Assembly (NCBI GenBank): GCA_034432445.1
Contig: DAOUBX010000124.1
Coordinates: 8,571 to 72,570 of the forward strand
Reading direction: 5' to 3'
Origin: Anaerolineales bacterium
GTDB lineage: Bacteria; Chloroflexota; Anaerolineae; JAAEKA01
DNA length: 64,000 nt
Part shown: one piece after another, positions 49,561-58,453 of the stretch
Layout of the letters: each line of letters begins with the position of its first letter
Position numbering within the stretch: position 1 is the stretch's first letter
Made by a program: the position numbers and the translations under genes
Notes under the pieces: model-generated
The model's database searches: none
What the model was told of the DNA's origin: nothing
What the model saw: the letters and a program-made list of their open reading frames with translations, nothing else

Positions 49561-49750
49561 AACTACTCAGCCATAGGTGCCGGGCATTTGGATTCTAACC
49601 TAAAAGTCGCTCGGGCCGGTCTCCGACCGTGCCCGCCGCGCTTTCATTGACGGTTGTGCGCCCAGCGCATGGGCATCTGGTTTGCAAGCGTGTCTGCGAA
49701 GCCAACCTAGGTCGCAAATCGCCTACAAATGCCCGGCACCTGAGCAGTTA
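49561..49750. mobile_element. candidate MITE-like element or long structured RNA: ~25-bp imperfect terminal inverted repeats around a ~135-nt core
   Basis: The left arm is TAACTACTCAGccatagGTGCCGGGCATTTG (49561-49590). The right arm CAAATGCCCGGCACCTGAGCAGTTA (49726-49750) is its reverse complement except for the 6-nt insert. Confidence 0.35.
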
Positions 49751-49848
49751 CGCGCAGAGAAAGAATGTGCCGGTGAGCGATCTGAGCGCACCACGTGGAT
49801 TCGCTCGCTCTATCAGTCCATTTCGTTGCGTAACCTGCAGGAGGACGT

Positions 49849-50805
49849 ATGCTTCAGCATAACCCCCCACGACGGAGCGTACTTGCCTCGGTGTTTGTCG
49901 CCGTAGTGCTGTTGGCGCTGGCGCTCTTTCAGTCTGTGTCGGCCGCTGCGACTGCGCCCCAGTCCACCGGTCCGGAACGGTGCGCTGTCTGTCATCGCGC
50001 TGAAACCCAGGACTGGCAGAACTCGCCCCACGCGCAAGCCATCGACCCGCTTCATCATGATGCCTTGATCCGGGAATGCAACACTGCGGCGGGCGAAGAT
50101 TGCACCTGTTTGACCTGCCACACCACCAACTTCGACACCACTACCGAGCAATTTGCCACAGCCGGTGTCACCTGTGAGGCGTGCCACGGCGCCTATGTGG
50201 AAGGCCACCCGGAAAACGGCGTGATGCAGCTGAGCGTAGACTCGTCGGTGTGCAGCAATTGCCACGTGGACACCTATGAGGATTGGCGGCAGACACCCCA
50301 CGCGCAGGCCGGGGTCCAGTGCATCGGTTGCCATCGCTCCCATTCACAAGATCTACGCCTGCAAGACGAGGTGTTGTGCAGATCCTGCCACCGCGACAGA
50401 CTGGAAGACCCTGGTCACGTGGCTCACACCCGCACCGGCGTTAACTGCATCGACTGTCACACAACGCCGTCGGCCACCCATGGTGTAGCCCAAGCCGCCG
50501 CAGAGGGCGGCAATGCCCCCGTCCACGACTTCACCGTGGTTACTGACGTGTGTGCTGAGTGTCACCAGGACATGTTTCGCACCGCAAGCAGCGCAACAGC
50601 CCAGCAGGCATTCTACATCAGTGGCCCACCTGCAACCGTCAGCGAGGCTGCGACGGTGGTGGCTGCGGAAGCAAACCGACGCTGGCTGCAGAGCGCTACG
50701 GCCATCAGCTTCGGGCTAGGGCTGGGCATCGGTGGCATGGGTGGCATTGTATTCGTCCTCATCGTGGCGTTCATTCTGCAGCGACAACGGAGCGCCAAGA
50801 TATGA
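49849..50805 (+). CDS. membrane-anchored octahaem c-type cytochrome (NrfB-like)
   Basis: A signal peptide is followed by eight CxxCH motifs (CAVCH, CLTCH, CEACH, CSNCH, CIGCH, CRSCH, CIDCH, CAECH). There is a C-terminal TM helix. Confidence 0.85.
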   Translation: MLQHNPPRRSVLASVFVAVVLLALALFQSVSAAATAPQSTGPERCAVCHRAETQDWQNSPHAQAIDPLHHDALIRECNTAAGEDCTCLTCHTTNFDTTTEQFATAGVTCEACHGAYVEGHPENGVMQLSVDSSVCSNCHVDTYEDWRQTPHAQAGVQCIGCHRSHSQDLRLQDEVLCRSCHRDRLEDPGHVAHTRTGVNCIDCHTTPSATHGVAQAAAEGGNAPVHDFTVVTDVCAECHQDMFRTASSATAQQAFYISGPPATVSEAATVVAAEANRRWLQSATAISFGLGLGIGGMGGIVFVLIVAFILQRQRSAKI

Positions 50806-51719
50806 GCACCCGCAAAGATACCTCCTCCCGCCGTGAGTTTCTCAAAACCGCCGGCGCTGGTGTTGCAACCTGGGTCATTGCCGGCGTTGCCGCCGACCCG
50901 GCTCAGGCCAGCAGCGAGCCAGCGTCAGACGCCTATGGGATGTTGATTGACGTCACACGCTGCACGGGCTGCAACTCATGCGCGTTGGCCTGCAAGGAGA
51001 CCAATGCGCTTCCGGATCCTGAGACCGTGCCTATCAAGCTGGACAGCGGCGCCTATTCCTACGTCGACGAACGCGAGGCCGCGATTGCTGCTTATCAGCG
51101 CCAATCCCAGTTTGTGAAGCGCCAGTGCATGCACTGTGTGCATCCGGCCTGCGCTTCAGCCTGCACAGTGGGCGCGCTGCACAAGACGCCTGCAGGCCCC
51201 GTGGTCTATGACAGTCACAAGTGCATTGGCTGCCGTTATTGCCAGTACGCCTGTCCGTTCGGTGTGCCCACTTTTGACTGGAACAATCCTTTGGGGCTGA
51301 TCCACAAGTGCCAGATGTGCGTCGAACGGCTGGCGCAAGGGGAGAAACCGGCCTGCGTGGCGGCCTGTCCGGCCGGTGCCATTCAGTTTGGATCGCGGCA
51401 GGAGTTGCTCAACCGGGCGCATGCCCAGATCGCCAGCAACCCGGGCCGTTACATCGACCACGTGTATGGTGAGCACGAAGCCGGTGGCACGTCGGTTCTC
51501 TACCTGGCCGGTGTTCCCTTTGCCAGCCTTGGCCTGCCCGAGCTTGGCCCTGAGCCGATCTCGCGCTACGCGGAACCCGTGATGCGCGCCACGCCGTTCG
51601 TGGCTGCCACGGTAGCTTCAATGGCCGTGGCGCTCAACTGGCTAATGAAACGGCGTGAGCTTCATATGGCAGAAGTAGAAGCAGACGCCGTCAGGCAGGA
51701 TGGAGGAACACGGCAATGA
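50802..51719 (+). CDS. Tat-exported 4x[4Fe-4S] ferredoxin-type subunit (NrfC/HybA/PsrB-like) with C-terminal TM anchor
   Basis: The twin-arginine signal is SRREFLK. Four cysteine clusters are present (CTGCNSCALAC, CMHCVHPACASAC, CIGCRYCQYACP, CQMCVERL…CVAACP). Start at ATG 50802, overlapping the cytochrome stop. Confidence 0.8.
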   Translation: MSTRKDTSSRREFLKTAGAGVATWVIAGVAADPAQASSEPASDAYGMLIDVTRCTGCNSCALACKETNALPDPETVPIKLDSGAYSYVDEREAAIAAYQRQSQFVKRQCMHCVHPACASACTVGALHKTPAGPVVYDSHKCIGCRYCQYACPFGVPTFDWNNPLGLIHKCQMCVERLAQGEKPACVAACPAGAIQFGSRQELLNRAHAQIASNPGRYIDHVYGEHEAGGTSVLYLAGVPFASLGLPELGPEPISRYAEPVMRATPFVAATVASMAVALNWLMKRRELHMAEVEADAVRQDGGTRQ

Positions 51720-52888
51720 CCACGAGCATCGTCACAGAACGCAAACCGGCCACAGACATTGGGCTGCCGGCTTTGGATAGCGGGATCGTCGTTGTCTTGT
51801 TGGCCTTGCTCACACTCGTCGGTGTCGTAGCCGGCGTTGTCCGTCTTCTCTTGGGTCTAGGGCCCACGACCAACCTGTCAGACGCTTACACGTGGGGCAT
51901 TTGGATCGGCTTCGACTTCACCCTCATCGCATTTGCCGGCGCAGGCTTCACCATGGCGTTCATTGTCCACGTCCTGCGCCAGCATCAGTACGGCGACGCA
52001 GTACGCCCCGCTATTCTGACCGGCCTGCTGGGCTATGTGGCTGTGCTTCTGCTTCTGGTCCTTGACCTGGGCCGCCCGGATCGTTTCTACAACTTCCTCT
52101 TGTATTGGAACGTCCACTCGCCCCTGTTTGAGATCAGCTGGTGCATCCTGCTCTACACAACGGTGCTGGTGATCGAGAGCAGCCCCTTCGCTCTGGAACG
52201 CTTGCAGCGGCACAAGCTGCTCCGGCTGGCCTTCAAGGTGCTGTTGCCCGTGTCAATCGTGGGCGTCATGCTGTCCACTCTGCATCAGTCCACCCTGGGC
52301 ACGCTCTACCTGAACATGCCACACCGGCTCCACCCCTTGTGGTTCACGCCTATCTTGTCTCTCTTGTTCTTCGTCTCCTCGGTCATGTCCGGCCTCAGCA
52401 TGGCGATCCTGGTGTACATGGCCGCAGCGCGCATCACCGGCCGTCCGATCAAAGAGGCGATCGTGCTGGGGTTGAGCCGCATTGTGGGCTGGGTCAGCGT
52501 TCTCTATGTGGCGCTAAAGGTTGCCGATCTGGCAATTGCCGGTGAACTCTCTCTGCTGTGGAACTCCGGCGTGCTTGGTTGGCTGATGGTGTTGGAACTG
52601 GCGGTTTTCGCTGCGTTGCCTGCGCTCTTGCTGTTGATGCCACGCTTGCGCTCCCGTCGCAGCGTGCAGATCGGCGCCCCCTTGCTCATTCTAGCCGGCG
52701 TGTTGTTGAACCGCTTCAGCGCCACGATGTTCGCCCAGAAGCTGCCGCCAGGAACCACCTACGTCCCCCACTGGCTGGAATGGCTATCGACTATCGGTGT
52801 CCTGGCCGGAGTCGCCCTGGCGTGGTATTTTGGTGTACGCTACTTAGTGATCTTCGACAGCCAGGCGGAGGCTAAGTATCACACGTAG
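51716..52888 (+). CDS. NrfD/PsrC/HybB-like integral membrane quinone-interacting subunit
   Basis: The 390-aa protein has about 10 TM helices. Its start overlaps the stop of the Fe-S gene. Confidence 0.75.
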   Translation: MTTSIVTERKPATDIGLPALDSGIVVVLLALLTLVGVVAGVVRLLLGLGPTTNLSDAYTWGIWIGFDFTLIAFAGAGFTMAFIVHVLRQHQYGDAVRPAILTGLLGYVAVLLLLVLDLGRPDRFYNFLLYWNVHSPLFEISWCILLYTTVLVIESSPFALERLQRHKLLRLAFKVLLPVSIVGVMLSTLHQSTLGTLYLNMPHRLHPLWFTPILSLLFFVSSVMSGLSMAILVYMAAARITGRPIKEAIVLGLSRIVGWVSVLYVALKVADLAIAGELSLLWNSGVLGWLMVLELAVFAALPALLLLMPRLRSRRSVQIGAPLLILAGVLLNRFSATMFAQKLPPGTTYVPHWLEWLSTIGVLAGVALAWYFGVRYLVIFDSQAEAKYHT

Positions 52889-52978
52889 ACAGTGCCTGCC
52901 AAGCAGCAACAGGGAGTGCGGCGGAGTTAGGCCGGCGTGCCAACGTTGGCTAGCCGCGTAGAGCGCGTAGAGATGGCA

Positions 52979-53021
52979 AAAGACCTCTTGCTCCGGCCCA
53001 ATGCCGGGGCAAGAGGTCTTC
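52979..53021. terminator. bidirectional hairpin between convergent genes
   Basis: AAAGACCTCTTGCtccggcccaatgccggGGCAAGAGGTCTT forms a 13-bp stem. Confidence 0.5.
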
Positions 53022-53027
53022 TTGCAC

Positions 53028-55328
53028 CTATTCCTCCAGCAATTGCAACCATTCTCCGCCCAGATCGGCCCAGCGCGCGCCGTAGAAGATGTGATCTTGC
53101 CCGCTAGGCGCACGATAGACAAGATCGACGGTCGTGTACGAGCGGCGCAGTGATCCCAGATTGCCCACCCATGTTACGGCGTTGTCGTCGAGCGGCCGGT
53201 CGTGATCGATGTGCATGCGCAGGGCATAATGGCGGAGGCTGCCCTCCTTGAGCATATCGGGGGACCACAGCCGGCTTTCCACATGTTGATTGCCGAGGTT
53301 GTGGAACTTGAACAGCGGATCGGCGCCGTTTTCGCGCACTTCGACCACTTCTAGCCCGGAGCGTGGCAGCTCCACGCGCAGCAGGCTGGCCCAATCGTCG
53401 GGTAAGCTCTCGCAGGGTACGCTGCGGTAGAAGAGGTCTTTGCCATAGCGATTGCGAAAGACCAGGTCGCAGTGCAGCCCGTTGCTGGTCATGTATACCG
53501 CTTCCACACCCATGTTGCCGCGCCACCGGATGCGTCGGTTGGACGGCAAGGTCTCCACCGTGGCGCCTGGAGGGGGGGCGCACTCAAAGAGCGGGTCCCA
53601 CGCGGCGCTGACCCAGCTGACAGCCACAGCAAAGAACACATGGGAGATCTTGCCCGCTTCGTCGCGGAAAAGCAAATCACATTTAACGCGGCCGCGCTGG
53701 TCGTAAACCTCGTTGGTGCGGTAGATGCGCCACAGGCCCATTCGGCCATGCCACCGCGCCAGATGGTTGAGATCATCCATGCGCTGGCGGATCGCCAAGT
53801 AGTTCTTGATCGCGTACAGCCACACGCTGGTGGCGGTCTGTTCCGATGCCTGGCTCTCGCGGTTGGTGCGCAGGTCGATCACGCGGAAGTACTCTGTGTC
53901 GCCGCGCAAGGTCTGGCCGACGATTTCCACGCCCGACTTAGGCTGTTCGATGCCGGGCGCCAACAACCGCACCTGGCCATCGGTGGGCATAGACCGGCTG
54001 GCATACTCGTCATCGGCGTGCAGCATGTCGATGATATCAGCATGAGTGGCCAGCACCGTTTTGCCGCCGCGGCGCACATAGATCGACTTAACCCCGTCTT
54101 GCACCAGAAAACAGGGCTTGCGCTGCATTTCCTGCACTTCGATCTGCACGACGTCTTGCCCCTCATACTTGAGGATGTCTACTGACCACTCCGGCTGAGG
54201 AAAGACGCTCTCGCTGATGGCTGTTTGGAAGGCGCGCATGTCGCTCGACGCATCGGCGACTCCTTGCACCGGCACGTCAGGATCAGGGTCCAGCCCCAGA
54301 TAGATGATGCCGCCGCCGCTGTTGGCTAAAGCTACCACGTGCTGGCAGGTTTCGGTCAGGTTATCGATGCAATTCGGGCAGAGGACGTGGTGATCGGAAG
54401 GGCCAGCCGTGCGTGCATCGGTAATGCGGTTGAACTGTGTCACATCGGAGACGTAGGGCACGCGCACGCGGTGGAAGTCGTTGCTGCGCAGCAGGTCGCG
54501 CAGCGCCTCGAAGGTGGGCTCTGGCAGCAGCATCTCCGTTGGACGGTCGCCAATGCCCCAGCGCCGCATCTGGGCGCCGGGGTCTTGCACCAGGCGATGG
54601 GCGTCGGAGCTTTGGATGCAATGCATGCGCCGCTCATAGCCCAGGTTAGTGCCGTCATACCAGCGCGGGCTGGCGAACCCCTGCAGGTGGGTGCTGTGAA
54701 AACCAGCGAACTCCAAGGCATCCAGATAGGGGCTTTGAGTAGCGCCTACGCGCGCAGCGCCGGTGGGCAGGTTGTTGGCAAATGCCAGCACGCCCGTGGG
54801 CGCGTTAATATGTGCGGCAATGGCAATGCCGCCGGCGTCATGAATGATTTTGTAGGATTCGAGATGGGCGCGCGTGCCGGGCAGCGAGGTCGTGCCCAGG
54901 TGCATCTTGTCGTAAGGTACGCCGAGCTCGTTGAGCACTGCTTTGATGTGCGAGATGCAGTCGGGCATCTTGGGCGAAAACAGGCCCAACACGTGAGAGC
55001 CAAAACTGGTGGTCAGCTCAAAGCCTGGCAGCAAAGTAATCTTGGCAAGAAGTCTTCTGTATTCGTTGAGCTCGGCTTGCTCTTGTTCGTTCAGCCGTCC
55101 ACGTGCTTCCAGACGCTCCAAGAATTCGATCTCGTCGAAAATCGCCTCGTAGCCGGCGATGGTGTTGTGATCCGTCAATGCTATGATGTCTAACCCGCGT
55201 CGCTCTGCCTCTCGAAGAATGTCCAGGTAAGTCACATCTTTGTCTACGTAATCTTCAGAGGCAGGCGTATGGATATGCAAGTCAACCCGACACCACCGCA
55301 TCGCCTGCTGTTCTGCCTCTTTTTCCAT
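53028..55328 (-). CDS. 766-aa multidomain protein: N-terminal PHP phosphoesterase domain (TrpH/YciV-like) + AlbA_2/Schlafen-core-like putative DNA-binding domain + three C-terminal ~80-aa repeats (WxGxxG…DLxFR)
   Basis: PHP motifs VDLHIHTP, ALTDHNT, GFELTT, AAHINAP and SSDAHRL are present. The AlbA_2 core is HVVALANSGGGIIYLGLDPD…IYVRRGGKT. The repeats are WHGRMG…CDLLFRDEAG, WRGNMG…CDLVFRNRYG and WVGNLG…VDLVYRAPSG. Confidence 0.7.
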   Translation of the reverse strand: MEKEAEQQAMRWCRVDLHIHTPASEDYVDKDVTYLDILREAERRGLDIIALTDHNTIAGYEAIFDEIEFLERLEARGRLNEQEQAELNEYRRLLAKITLLPGFELTTSFGSHVLGLFSPKMPDCISHIKAVLNELGVPYDKMHLGTTSLPGTRAHLESYKIIHDAGGIAIAAHINAPTGVLAFANNLPTGAARVGATQSPYLDALEFAGFHSTHLQGFASPRWYDGTNLGYERRMHCIQSSDAHRLVQDPGAQMRRWGIGDRPTEMLLPEPTFEALRDLLRSNDFHRVRVPYVSDVTQFNRITDARTAGPSDHHVLCPNCIDNLTETCQHVVALANSGGGIIYLGLDPDPDVPVQGVADASSDMRAFQTAISESVFPQPEWSVDILKYEGQDVVQIEVQEMQRKPCFLVQDGVKSIYVRRGGKTVLATHADIIDMLHADDEYASRSMPTDGQVRLLAPGIEQPKSGVEIVGQTLRGDTEYFRVIDLRTNRESQASEQTATSVWLYAIKNYLAIRQRMDDLNHLARWHGRMGLWRIYRTNEVYDQRGRVKCDLLFRDEAGKISHVFFAVAVSWVSAAWDPLFECAPPPGATVETLPSNRRIRWRGNMGVEAVYMTSNGLHCDLVFRNRYGKDLFYRSVPCESLPDDWASLLRVELPRSGLEVVEVRENGADPLFKFHNLGNQHVESRLWSPDMLKEGSLRHYALRMHIDHDRPLDDNAVTWVGNLGSLRRSYTTVDLVYRAPSGQDHIFYGARWADLGGEWLQLLEE

Positions 55329-55551
55329 AAGGAATCTCCTGGCTTTGGTCTTTGCGGCTTTATGCGATTGTACTGAATTTTGCTGCCAGAATAAGTAACC
55401 TACCTCCTTCTGCGGCCAAGTGGTCTGTCAAGTCCTATTTGCGTCCAGGTGTTGGCTTTCCACAGGTGCTTACATCGTCACGCCAGTCCACCGCAGTCGC
55501 CGGCTGGCGCCGGCACACCGGTCTGCTGCGGCGGCGCTGACGGATGGCATA

Positions 55552-56109
55552 TCATATCACTGCGCGCAAGCGGGTGTAGGTCTCTTCCAGCGTTTCAGGA
55601 ATGGTGCGCGTTTCGCTTACAGTGGTCATGAAGCTTGTGTCGGCGGTCCAGCGTGGCACAATGTGAATGTGGACGTGGGCTGCGATTCCTGCGCCTGCCA
55701 CCTTGCCCAAGTTGACGCCGACGTTGAAGCCCTCCGGCTGCATGGCAGCTCGCAGCGCCGCCAGCCCTCTGTTGACCAACAGCATCAATTCCAGCAACGT
55801 TTCCGGCGGCAGGTCTTCCAGGCTAGGCACGTGGGCGTAGGGCACAATGAGCAGATGGCCGTTGTTGTAGGGATAACGATTGAGGGTGATATAGGCCGTT
55901 TGCCCACGCAGTAGAACGTGCTGGGTGTTGTCATCGCCCTGCGCGATCTTGTCGCAAAAGACGCAACCCTGCGTTTTCGGGCCCAGAATGTACTCCATCC
56001 GCCAAGGCGTCCACAAATGGTCCAAGGGGGTGTCTCCTGGCACTATGTTTAACGCAATTTGGCGCAAAGCCGTACTGCCGAGACGGTCATTTTTCCAAGC
56101 GCCAGGCAT
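55552..56109 (-). CDS. HIT-family (histidine triad) nucleotide hydrolase/transferase
   Basis: The HVHIHIVPR histidine triad is present together with a CxxC N-terminal motif. Confidence 0.7.
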   Translation of the reverse strand: MPGAWKNDRLGSTALRQIALNIVPGDTPLDHLWTPWRMEYILGPKTQGCVFCDKIAQGDDNTQHVLLRGQTAYITLNRYPYNNGHLLIVPYAHVPSLEDLPPETLLELMLLVNRGLAALRAAMQPEGFNVGVNLGKVAGAGIAAHVHIHIVPRWTADTSFMTTVSETRTIPETLEETYTRLRAVI

Positions 56110-56287
56110 GTGGGATGCAGGCTCAAGGGCCCGACGCCTTCGGGCTGCATCGCTCCTGCGCCTTTTTTACGAACGCCCCGCGCGGCTGCGCGTGTGGCGC
56201 AAGTGTACCAGAAAGGCAAGACGTCGTCAAGTGAGTGCGAGCCGTCCTGGCCACTGATTGCCAGCAGGCTGCACGCCCTGTGTCGCT

Positions 56288-57481
56288 TCAGCGATCACGA
56301 GCGGGCATCCACTGGGTGTGCGCTTGCGCCTGCGCCGCTTCGTAGACCAACCGAACAGGCACGCCGTAGGCCTCGGCCAGGCGGCGGCAATCCTCGAACT
56401 CCGGCATCGCTCCCGCAATCTCCGCGCCCAGTCGTTTCAGCTTGACTTGTACCGGGCCGTACTCGGTGTCCACTGTGCGCAGCTCCCGGCCGGCCTCGTG
56501 TCGCCACACCGCATGGACGCGCACGCCCAGCGTTGTCGTCTCGCGCAGGATCAGCTCGGCTAGGCTGACTTCCTGCTCAGGAAACGCCAGGGCGCTCAGG
56601 ATGACCGCGGGCCGCCCCTTTTTCATCTGGATGGGCGTGAGCCACACGTCGCGCGCGCCGGCGGCAAACAAACGCTGGCTGACCGCCTGGTAGAGCTCAG
56701 GGTTCATGTCGTCGATGTTGGTGTCGATCTGGACCATGCGCGGCGCAGGCAAACCGTCTGTCTCATCCGCCTCGCCAAGCCACAGACGAGCTACGTTCGG
56801 CCAGGACAGATCGCGCTGTCCGGCGCCGTAGCCGATGCGCTGCACGCGCATGGCCGGCTGGCGGAACACAGCATGCTGAGCCAGCAGGGCGGCGCCGGTG
56901 GGCGTCACCAATTCGCCGGGGCCGGGCGCGGGCCGTGTGGGCGCTTGGACGCTGGCCAGGATCTCCAACGTGGCCGGAGCGGGCAAGGGCAGCGCACCAT
57001 GGGCCGACTGGGTCCAGCCCGGCCCCAGCGGCACAGACGAGGCGTAGAGGGCGGTGATGCCCAGCGCATGCAGCCCGGCGGCTACGCCGACGATGTCCAC
57101 GATGGCGTCCAGCGCGCCGACCTCGTGAAAGTGAATGTCCTCCAGCGGCAGACCATGCACCTTGGCCTCAGCCGCGGCCAGCCGCGTGAACGTCGCAACG
57201 GCAGCGCTGCGCACCGGCACCGGCAGGTCGCTGGCTTCGATCAGCGTCCGTATCTCGCTCAGGCCGCGGTGATGGTGTGTCTCGGTGGTCTCGACCGTGA
57301 CAAGGGTAGCGGCCAGCGGCCCGCGCAGCACCCGGTCGGCCTGCACCGCCCAGGAACCAGAGGGCAGCGGCAGCCGGCTCAGGCTGGCCAGCAAGGCTTC
57401 CACGGACCAGCCGGCATCGACTAGACAGCCCAAAAACATATCGCCGGACAAGCCGGATGGAAGGTCGAGGTAGGCGATCAT
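56288..57481 (-). CDS. larC: nickel-pincer cofactor nickel insertion protein LarC (DUF111)
   Basis: MIAYLDLPSGLSGDMFLGCL… and the full-length organisation match the LarC family. Confidence 0.75.
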   Translation of the reverse strand: MIAYLDLPSGLSGDMFLGCLVDAGWSVEALLASLSRLPLPSGSWAVQADRVLRGPLAATLVTVETTETHHHRGLSEIRTLIEASDLPVPVRSAAVATFTRLAAAEAKVHGLPLEDIHFHEVGALDAIVDIVGVAAGLHALGITALYASSVPLGPGWTQSAHGALPLPAPATLEILASVQAPTRPAPGPGELVTPTGAALLAQHAVFRQPAMRVQRIGYGAGQRDLSWPNVARLWLGEADETDGLPAPRMVQIDTNIDDMNPELYQAVSQRLFAAGARDVWLTPIQMKKGRPAVILSALAFPEQEVSLAELILRETTTLGVRVHAVWRHEAGRELRTVDTEYGPVQVKLKRLGAEIAGAMPEFEDCRRLAEAYGVPVRLVYEAAQAQAHTQWMPARDR

Positions 57482-57482
57482 G

Positions 57483-57598
57483 GCAATGGTTAACGGTCAA
57501 TGGTTAACGGTCAATGGTTAACGGTTAACGGTCGATGGAAGCGACTCTGCTCACCGTTCACTGTCTACCGATCACCGTTTACTGCTCACAGCACCAGC
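57483..57598. repeat. intergenic tandem repeats (TGGTTAACGGTCAA x3, then GTGAACG/GTGATCG heptamers) between larC and larE
   Basis: caatggttaacggtcaatggttaacggtcaatggttaacggttaacggtcgatgg…caccgttcactgtctaccgatcaccgtttactgctcac; same heptamer family as inside the YYY genes. Confidence 0.8.
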
Positions 57599-58434
57599 GG
57601 AATCGGCGCGGCGTGTCCGTTGGCGCCGCTGAGCGACCCGCTGCGGAATCCGGCCAGATCGAGGGTGACGAAGCGATAGCCGGCGGCGGTCACGCCGTCC
57701 AGGATCGACCGGCGCAGCTCGACGGCGCGCAGCAGGTCTTCGACGGGCAGCTCGATGCGGGCAACTTCGCCGTGGTGGCGCACACGGAACTGGCGGAAGC
57801 CGAGCGCCACGAGCACGTCCTCGGCGGCTTCGATCTGGCGCAGCAGCTGGGGCGTAATAGGCGTGCCCTGTGGCACGCGCGAGGACAGGCAGGCCATGGC
57901 CGGCTTGTCCCACACGGAAAGTCCCAAATCCTGTGCCAGCCGGCGCACCTCGGCCTTGGTCAGCCCGGCTTCGACCAGCGGCGAGCGCACGCCGTGTTCG
58001 CGCGCCGCAGCCATGCCGGGCCGAAAATCGCCCAGGTCGCTAGCGTTGTTGCCATCGACGATGGCGCGCCAGCCCTCGGCTGCCGCGATGGCGCGCAGGT
58101 GGCTGTGCAACTCCGACTTGCAGAAATAGCAGCGATCGGCCGCGTTGGCCGCGTAGCGCGGGTCTAGAACTTCCTCGGTGTTGATCAAGCGGTAGGGCCA
58201 GTGCTGCTCTTCGGCCAACCGGACTGCGCTGCGCAGCTCGCGCCTGGGGTAGCTGGGAGACACGCCGATGCAGGCCAAGGCGCGATCGCCCAGCTCCTGG
58301 TGCGCCACTGCCATCACCAGCGCGCTGTCCACGCCGCCGGAATAGGCGACCAACACTGAGCCGCACTCCCGCAACACCTGCCGCAACGCCGCCAGCTTGG
58401 CCGTCAACGCATCATCCCATGCCATTGCGCTCAT
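57586..58434 (-). CDS. larE: ATP-dependent sacrificial sulfur transferase LarE (PP-loop ATP pyrophosphatase)
   Basis: The PP-loop is SGGVDS, and CYFCK and the conserved Cys are present. Start chosen at the MSAMAWDD Met (58434); the ORF-track start at 58512 would overlap larB. Confidence 0.7.
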   Translation of the reverse strand: MSAMAWDDALTAKLAALRQVLRECGSVLVAYSGGVDSALVMAVAHQELGDRALACIGVSPSYPRRELRSAVRLAEEQHWPYRLINTEEVLDPRYAANAADRCYFCKSELHSHLRAIAAAEGWRAIVDGNNASDLGDFRPGMAAAREHGVRSPLVEAGLTKAEVRRLAQDLGLSVWDKPAMACLSSRVPQGTPITPQLLRQIEAAEDVLVALGFRQFRVRHHGEVARIELPVEDLLRAVELRRSILDGVTAAGYRFVTLDLAGFRSGSLSGANGHAAPIPLVL

Positions 58435-58453
58435 TGCCCTCCTTCTCACCAAT

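Noticed and set aside
53879-54166. Short ORFs nested inside the PHP/AlbA_2 gene on either strand
   Set aside because: They are fully contained in a long ORF that has strong domain signatures on the minus strand.
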